Assembly: GCA_964016885.1 (NCBI GenBank)
Contig: OZ024753.1
Location: 44,888,001 to 44,952,000, forward strand
Direction of reading: 5' to 3'
DNA length: 64,000 nt
Source: Eledone cirrhosa
Taxonomy: Eukaryota
Positions 56,932 through 64,000 of this stretch are shown in pieces; the first letter of the stretch is position 1, and every line of letters begins with the position of its first letter. The position numbers and the translations under genes were made by a program. Under the pieces are notes generated by a model that was not told where the DNA came from, made no database searches, and worked only from the letters and a program-made list of their open reading frames with translations.

Positions 56932-57805
56932 TAACTGATGGTAATACTAACTGACAGTAATACTAACTGATGGTAATACTAACTGACAGTAATACTAACT
57001 GACAGTAATACTAACTGACGGTAATACTAACTGATGGTAATACTAACTGGCGGTAATACTAACTGACGGTAATACTAACTGATGGTAATACTAACTGACA
57101 GTAATACTGAATGATGGTAATACTAACTGACGGTAATACTAACTGACAGTAATACTAACTGGCAGTAATACTAACTGATGGTAATACTAACTGACGGTAA
57201 TACTGAATGATGGTAATACTAACTGACGGTAATACTAACTGACAGTAATACTAACTGGCAGTAATACTAACTGATGGTAATACTAACTGACGGTAATACT
57301 AACTGACAGTAATACTAACTGGCAGTAATACTAACTGATGGTAATACTAACTGACAGTAATACTAACTGACGGTAATACTGAATGATGGTAATACTAACT
57401 GATGGTAATACTAATTGACAGTAATACTAACTGACGGTAATACTAACTGATGGTAATACTAACTGATGGTAATACTAACTGACAGTAATACTAACTGACA
57501 GTAATACTGAATGATGGTAATACTAATTGACAGTAATACTAACTGACGGTAATACTAACTGACGGTAATACTAACTGACGGTAATACTAACTGATGGTAA
57601 TACTAACTGATGGTAATACTAACTGACAGTAATACTAACTGATGGTAATACTAACTGATGGTAATACTAACTGACAGTAATACTAACTGACGGTAATACT
57701 GAATGATGGTAATACTAATTGACGGTAATACTAACTGACGGTAATACTGACTGACGGTAATACTAACTGACCATAATACTAACTGATGGTAATACTAACT
57801 GACAG
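56932..57805. repeat. 16-bp minisatellite containing TACTAAC
   Basis: Unit gtaatactaactga(tg/ca/cg). Confidence 0.96.
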
Positions 57806-58515
57806 AAAGTTGTGACTAACAAATATGTTTTACTTTTTATTGAGTCCATCTTTCAGCTGACATCTTTGGTTCTGGGTTCTGATTGGGGGGGGGGGCTGTT
57901 GCCTGGGAGGGGAGGGTAGTGGTGGTGGTGGAATTGATGATGGTGGTGATGATGATGATAGTAATGATGATAATGATGATTATGGTCGTGGTGGTGATGA
58001 TGATGATTATGGTAGTGGTGGTGATGTTGATGGTAATGATGATGGTAGTGATGATGATGATGGTAATGGAAGTGGTGATGATGACAATGGTAGTGGTGAT
58101 GGTGATGATGATGATGGCTCTACCATAAACCCAAGAATCTACGTTACATGGGAGAGAAAAATGTAAGAGACTGACGTTATTTTACAAAATGGTGGCCACA
58201 ACATTAATTATTGTGGAATGTTATTAAAAGTTCACTTCGTTAATGTCAGCAAAGTTCTACAAGAGAAATACTTTCACCATGATTACTTCATTATCAAGAT
58301 TCTTCACCTAAATCCCACTGATATTTCAAATGACATGTATCTTTATTTAATGGCAGTCTGTAATGTTTGTTTTAAACAAAGTTTATCGTAAATTAACAAT
58401 CATTAGAATCATCCCATATTTTATAGTTCACAAGAGTCGACTGAGAAGTTCACAGACTATAATAATAATAATAATAATGGTTTCTACGATTGGCACAAGG
58501 CCAGCAATTACCCAG

Positions 58516-58852
58516 GCACATGGCTTAGTGGTTAGAGCATTAGCCTTGCAATCGAAAGGTTGTGAGTTCAATTCTCAGACCGGGTGATGTGTTGTTTCCT
58601 TGAGCAAGACACTTTATTTCACATTGCTCCAGTTTACTCAGCTGTAGAAATGAGATGATAGGGACTGGGGTGCCTATCATTCCACTGTAAAGTGGTTGTG
58701 AAGGTGCCACGGCAAAAAAGCACCCAGCACTCACTGTAAATGAGGTTGGTGTTAGGAAGGGCATCCAGCTGTAGAAATCAAGCCAGACTCCGTTCTCATC
58801 CCACCCTTGCAAGCAGGGATAAGCGGACATAAATTGATGATGATGATGATGA

Positions 58853-58856
<4 letters not shown>
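58516..58856 (+). mobile_element. Composite SINE: tRNA head + family B core + 'AGGAAGGGCATCCAGC' domain + RTE-derived 3' tail
   Basis: Ends in tcccacccttgcaagcagggataagcggacataaatt(gat)n, nearly identical to the RTE LINE 3' end. Related 3' parts at 17735-17975 (+) and 18022-18270 (-). Confidence 0.8.
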
Positions 58857-58891
<35 letters not shown>

Positions 58892-59401
58892 CAAGTAGGT
58901 AGAGCTGTTGCTGCATTCATTTTCTAATACATGTCTAGCATGTAAAGTCTGTTAGATGTTGGCTAGCTTCCATGTTGCTAATACAACCAATATTTCTATA
59001 ACAAACTAACATATATTGACAAAGACCATAAAAAGTTTAAAACAATGAGAATTAACATATTTTTCATTCATTTTTCTGACTTTTTATCAAAGTTCTAAAA
59101 ATTTTTGGTGTAAAAAAGTCAATAAACAATTGATTTCTCCTCTCAGCAATTCCAGCAAAGACCAAACTGTAGTCTGATGTTTCTGTTTTATATTGACACC
59201 AAGTTATAATCGCAACTTTCACCTTTTCATGACCATATTTCTAATTAAGTACACTTTATTTTAATTAATTAATGGTTTCTGATTTCGGCACAAAGCCAAC
59301 AATTTGGGGGAGAAGGGGAAAGTCAATTAAATCGACTCACCAGTGCATTACTGGTATTACCGTAAAGAGGAAAGGTAAAGCAAACGTCGGCATGATTTGA
59401 A

Positions 59402-59825
59402 TTATACCAAGTTAAATATTAACTATATTATCAACTATACTAAGTTAAGTATTAACTATATTACCAATCTAAACAGGTTAAATATTAATTATATTACTAA
59501 CTATACTAAGTTAAATATTAACTATATTATCTACCTAAACATGTTAAATATTAACTATATTACCAACCTAAACAGGTTAAATATTAACTATATTACCAAC
59601 TATAAGTTAAATATTAACTATATTACCAACTATACTAGTTAAATATTAACTATATCAACCTAAACAGGTTAAATATTAACTATATTACCAACTATAAGTT
59701 AAATATTAACTATATTACCAAACTAAACAGGTTAAATATTAACTATATCAACCTAAACAGGTTAAATATTAACTATATTACCAACTATAAGTTAAATATT
59801 AACTATATTACCAACTATACTAAGT
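59402..59825. repeat. ~27-30-bp AT-rich minisatellite
   Basis: Core gttaaatattaactatattaccaac. Confidence 0.9.
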
Positions 59826-60573
59826 TAAATATTAACTATATATACTACCAATCTCACCATCATATTGCTTATAAAAGCCACAAGTTTTATTAGGGTTAAC
59901 TTCTAACAGTTAATGGTAAAATTCCTTTTCTATCTGTTCCAAACTTACAGGCATAAATCAGTTAAATATACTGGAATCTTCTCTAGTATATCATCAATAA
60001 TTCAAAGAAACTGAAGGTGTTATCTCAAAGACGACAGCAGCAGAAAGAGGAGAAAGAAAAGAGTAAAAAAAACGCCAATATTTACTGATATTTTAAAAAG
60101 ATTTCTATCTCAATGGTGAACTAAGCAAAATGGAAAAGAAAGATCAAAAGACTTAGTTTTGGAATTGGTCTAAAACTGAGGAGAGATCTGATAGAGAACA
60201 TCACAAAAACAAGGTCTTTTAGTAGAAATGGAAATTGGAAGGTGGGGGGGGGGGACATCAGTGGAAACTTCTATGAGCGGAAAACAGTAATTTTTAGACA
60301 TAATTCTTAAATTTGCATTTACAATTCCGTGATCGATTATTGAAAGAAAATACATGTGTAAACAAAGCAGTGGACTTAAGAAGCATTGCCAAAATTGGAA
60401 ATTGCAAATGTGTGTGTCCCAACACAAATGACCATAATAATAGTTGATGAATAGTTTATAGTGATCAACTATTACTGTAGTCATTTGCGACGGGACACAC
60501 TCATTTAACATTTACAAATTTCCTCAATGGTACTTAAGTCAATCGTTTTGTTTACACTTCTAGTTACTGTTTC

Positions 60574-60608
<35 letters not shown>

Positions 60609-60999
60609 AACACCTTTGAAGTGTTCTAAAAAAGGGGGCTGGGCTAATGTTGTTTAGCCAGTCTTGGAAAGTCTTTGAGACAGTTCATCCAACCCATTCT
60701 AACATGGGTATTGGGTAGTATGTCGATGATGATGATGATGATATCTGCTGTTTATGAATTGCATGCCATTATTGTGTAAAGAACACCATCTTTACTCTTT
60801 GATTAGTGTAGTTAACAGAAAATTGTTCTTTTTCATCTGAAATTGCTAAACAGAAGAGGAACAGAGAAATTTTACATTTCACAAAATCAATAATAAAAGT
60901 AGTAAAGATTTCTGCCAAGTATAGAACCACTAAGAAAGCCTCTACATGGTCACTTAACCTGCTAGAATTAGCAGCCAATTATAGAAAATATCTACTCAC

Positions 61000-61105
61000 C
61001 GCATTTGAAGCGTCTGCTGCCAGTCGCGCTGCATACCGCACTATCAATCGGTGTTCATCATCAATTCGGGTTGTGTCTGCTATACTAGCGTTCAGTTTAC
61101 TTGGG
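61000..61105 (-). CDS. DTNB: Dystrobrevin coding exon (syntrophin-binding site); first exon visible in the window, upstream exons lie outside
   Basis: ttttcag|C CCA AGT...AAT GCG|gtgagt, 106 nt. Encodes PSKLNASIADTTRIDDEHRLIVRYAARLAADASNA, matching the dystrobrevin motif 'RLDEEHRLIARYAARLAA'. Invertebrate co-ortholog of DTNA/DTNB. Confidence 0.93.
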
Positions 61106-61130
61106 CTGAAAAACATTGACATATATATAT

Positions 61131-61228
61131 AATAGAGAAATGGCTTCTACAGGACTGGAACTGTTTCATTTGAAGGAAATCATCAGGAAATGAAACAATT
61201 CTAGTCCTGTAGAATCCATTTCTTTATT
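61131..61228. repeat. Fold-back with ~41-bp arms
   Basis: 61131-61171 versus 61188-61228, four mismatches. Confidence 0.88.
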
Positions 61229-61315
61229 AAATGTGTTGTTTACACTCTACTAATGTATTGAGTACCTTACTTACTGTGGTTACCCCCGACTGAACCCAAG
61301 ACTCTCACACACACA

Positions 61316-61411
<96 letters not shown>

Positions 61412-62012
61412 TGTGTGTGTGTGTGTGGCTGACTAATACACACTAAAATTATTAAAAATAACTAAACATATGCAGAAAATCATATTGGAAGATATAATTT
61501 TAAATTAGGAACACTGTAATTCAATTAATTAATCACCAATTTGGAGGGATTTGCTAAACTTATTAATAATTTCATTGATAAGATTAAATTATATGGTTCT
61601 TATATAAAATTATGTTGGGAGATTCTAATTTAAATAGGAACACTTTAAATTTGGTTATTTTGTTTCATAGAACCAGAGTTGGTTTTGGTTGGATAGGGAG
61701 GGTATAAAAAAAGGTTAAAATAACACAATAACAACAACAAGAACTTTATACAGACTTTAGAAGTGGGTGAGAGAATGTCAGAGTATATATATAGTACAAA
61801 CCTTCTTGAAGTTGGACCACTGTCAACTGAAGACAAGTCAATAGAATGACTACAAGCATCTTGGAGATCATTGTGAACCATGACAGGAGTTGGGGGTCTG
61901 GAGACAATGGAAGAAGAGATTATATCACATCATAGAAATATAGAAAAGATGTCTTCATGAAACAATAACGGAAAGAGACCAAAGTTTCTTATGGCTCATT
62001 TCTAGGGTAGGT

Positions 62013-62900
62013 TGGTGAGATGTGGAAATATTTAGTATAAAGTGTGGGTGAGATGTGGTGGAAATATTTAAGTCAAGGTATTGGTGAGATGTGGTGGAAA
62101 TATTTAGGTCAAGGTATTGGTGAGATGTGGTGGAAATATTTAGGTCAAGGTATTGGTGAGATGCGGTGGAAATATTTAGGTCAAGGTATTGGTGAGATGT
62201 GGTGGAACTATTTAGGTCAAGGTATTGGTGAGATGCGGTGGAAATATTTAGGTCAAGGTATTGGTGAGATGCGGTGGAACTATTTAGGTCAAGGTATTGG
62301 TGAGATGTGGTGGAACTATTTAGGTCAAGGTATTGGTGAGATGTGGTGGAAATATTTAGGTCAAGGTATTGGTGAGATGTGGTGGAAATATTTAGGTCAA
62401 GGTATTGGTGAGATGCGGTGGAAATATTTAGGTCAAGGTATTGGTGAGATGCGGTGGAAATATTTAAGTCAAGGTATTGGTGAGATGTGGTGGAAATATT
62501 TAGGTCAAGGTATTGGTGAGATGTGGTGGAAATATTTAGGTCAAGGTATTGGTGAGATGTGGTGGAAATATTTAGGTCAAGGTATTGGTGAGATGCGGTG
62601 GAAATATTTAGGTCAAGGTATTGGTGAGATGCGGTGGAACTATTTAGGTCAAGGTTTTGGTGAGATGCGGTGGAAATATTTAAGTCAAGGTATTGGTGAG
62701 ATGTGGTGGAAATATTTAGGTCAAGGTATTGGTGAGATGCGGTGGAAATATTTAGGTCAAGGTATTGGTGAGATGTGGTGGAAATATTTAGGTCAAGGTA
62801 TTGGTGAGATGTGGTGGAACTATTTAGGTCAAGGTATTGGTGAGATGCGGTGGAACTATTTAGGTCAAGGTATTGGTGAGATGTGGTGGAAATATTTGGA
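62013..62900. repeat. 36-bp minisatellite
   Basis: Unit ggtgagatg(t/c)ggtggaa(a/c)tatttaggtcaaggtatt. Confidence 0.96.
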
Positions 62901-63807
62901 CCAAAGTAGATTACATTAAAAAGTTGAAGGAATGGAGTGGAAACAGGAAGAGGGATAGAATAGAAGCTAAGAAAGGAGATAAACAAGGAAGAGAGTATGA
63001 TATATATATATATTGGACATTCTCCCTAATTCTTGCTATTCTCATCCACCATATTTTTTCTCTCCGTCACATACATCTTCATTGTACAATATTGTTTGCT
63101 GTGCTGTTTTACATTTACTTTTGAATACATGCATACACACACACACATGTATATATATACATTTGTATATATATATGCACATACATACATTTATATATAT
63201 ATATATATATATATATAGCGAGAGATGAGGGGAGGGGGAGGAGGACTGAAGAAGGAAAAGAAAAGTTAGAAGATATGGCTAATGAAATAAAAAGAAAATA
63301 GGAAGGAAGAGGAAGAAGAAAATTAACGATACTAATTGGAAATGGAGAATGGAGAGGTGGGTGGGTGGTTGGTATGGTGAGGTGGGGTTGGCAGGGTGGG
63401 GGGTGGGGTGTCAGTGTGTGTGTGGTGGTGGGGGGGGGGGGGGCAGGCAAGGGGGGGGGGGGGGGTTAGCAGACAGGGTGATGTGGCAGGTTGGGGGGGG
63501 AATAACAACTAGAGTATATGTAATTCTAAATGAAGAGGATATATCAGTTCAAAGTGAGAAGAACTACAGGTATGATAAGATAAGTAGGGTGAGGGGGAGA
63601 GAGGAAGATAATGAGAGAAAGAAGAAGCGAGATATATATAGGGAGGGAGATATATATAGGGAGGGAGGGAGAGAGAGAGGGAGAGGGAGGGAGAGAGAGA
63701 GGGAGGGAGAGAGAGGGAGGGAGGGGAATATGTGAAGGAGAAATAACAAGTGGTTTAGAAGAAGTAATGTTATTAGATTAGAATGAAAGAGAGGGAAATA
63801 AAATCAG

Positions 63808-63930
<123 letters not shown>

Positions 63931-64000
63931 TATATACGCTGGATGTGTAATAGTAATATACGTGAACGGCAAAGCATAAACGAACTAAGGAAAAAATTAG

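Noticed and set aside
57828-57878. Alternative terminal exon NPEPKMSAERWTQ* after a C-run acceptor, overlapping AATAAA
   Set aside because: Only splice-like and poly(A)-like motifs, no homology; too easily chance.
58516-58585. tRNA gene
   Set aside because: tRNA-like head runs straight into SINE core; no acceptor stem or terminator.
61955-62986. 343-aa and 291-aa repeat ORFs on both strands
   Set aside because: 36-bp unit open on both strands because its length is a multiple of 3; no splice or homology support.

Overview
Eukaryotic, very microsatellite- and minisatellite-rich DNA. The repeat families (Nin/Deu-core tRNA-SINEs, RTE LINE with (GAT)n tails, huge (TA)n tracts) point to an octopus or other coleoid cephalopod; this is an inference. 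The only host gene is the 3' half of dystrobrevin on the minus strand: 8 coding exons from 61105 down to 9232, all joining in phase with GT-AG introns, including one ~35.7 kb intron. They encode the syntrophin-binding site, coiled coils, the conserved 'LRNDLLVAADS' helix and an acidic Tyr-repeat tail. The introns hold a 5'-truncated RTE LINE with an uninterrupted RT frame, many SINEs, piggyBac-like MITEs and about 20 tandem arrays. Almost all long ORFs in the track are repeat artefacts. Most notable: (i) five otherwise unrelated fold-back hairpins next to simple repeats (mostly (TA)n), each carrying a hammerhead-ribozyme-like core at the inner end of an arm (Penelope-like architecture); (ii) a candidate internal promoter and alternative exons in the giant intron that could give a short coiled-coil-only dystrobrevin; (iii) a dense RFX X-box cluster; (iv) many inverted repeats able to form dsRNA in the pre-mRNA. 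All coordinates were read by eye.
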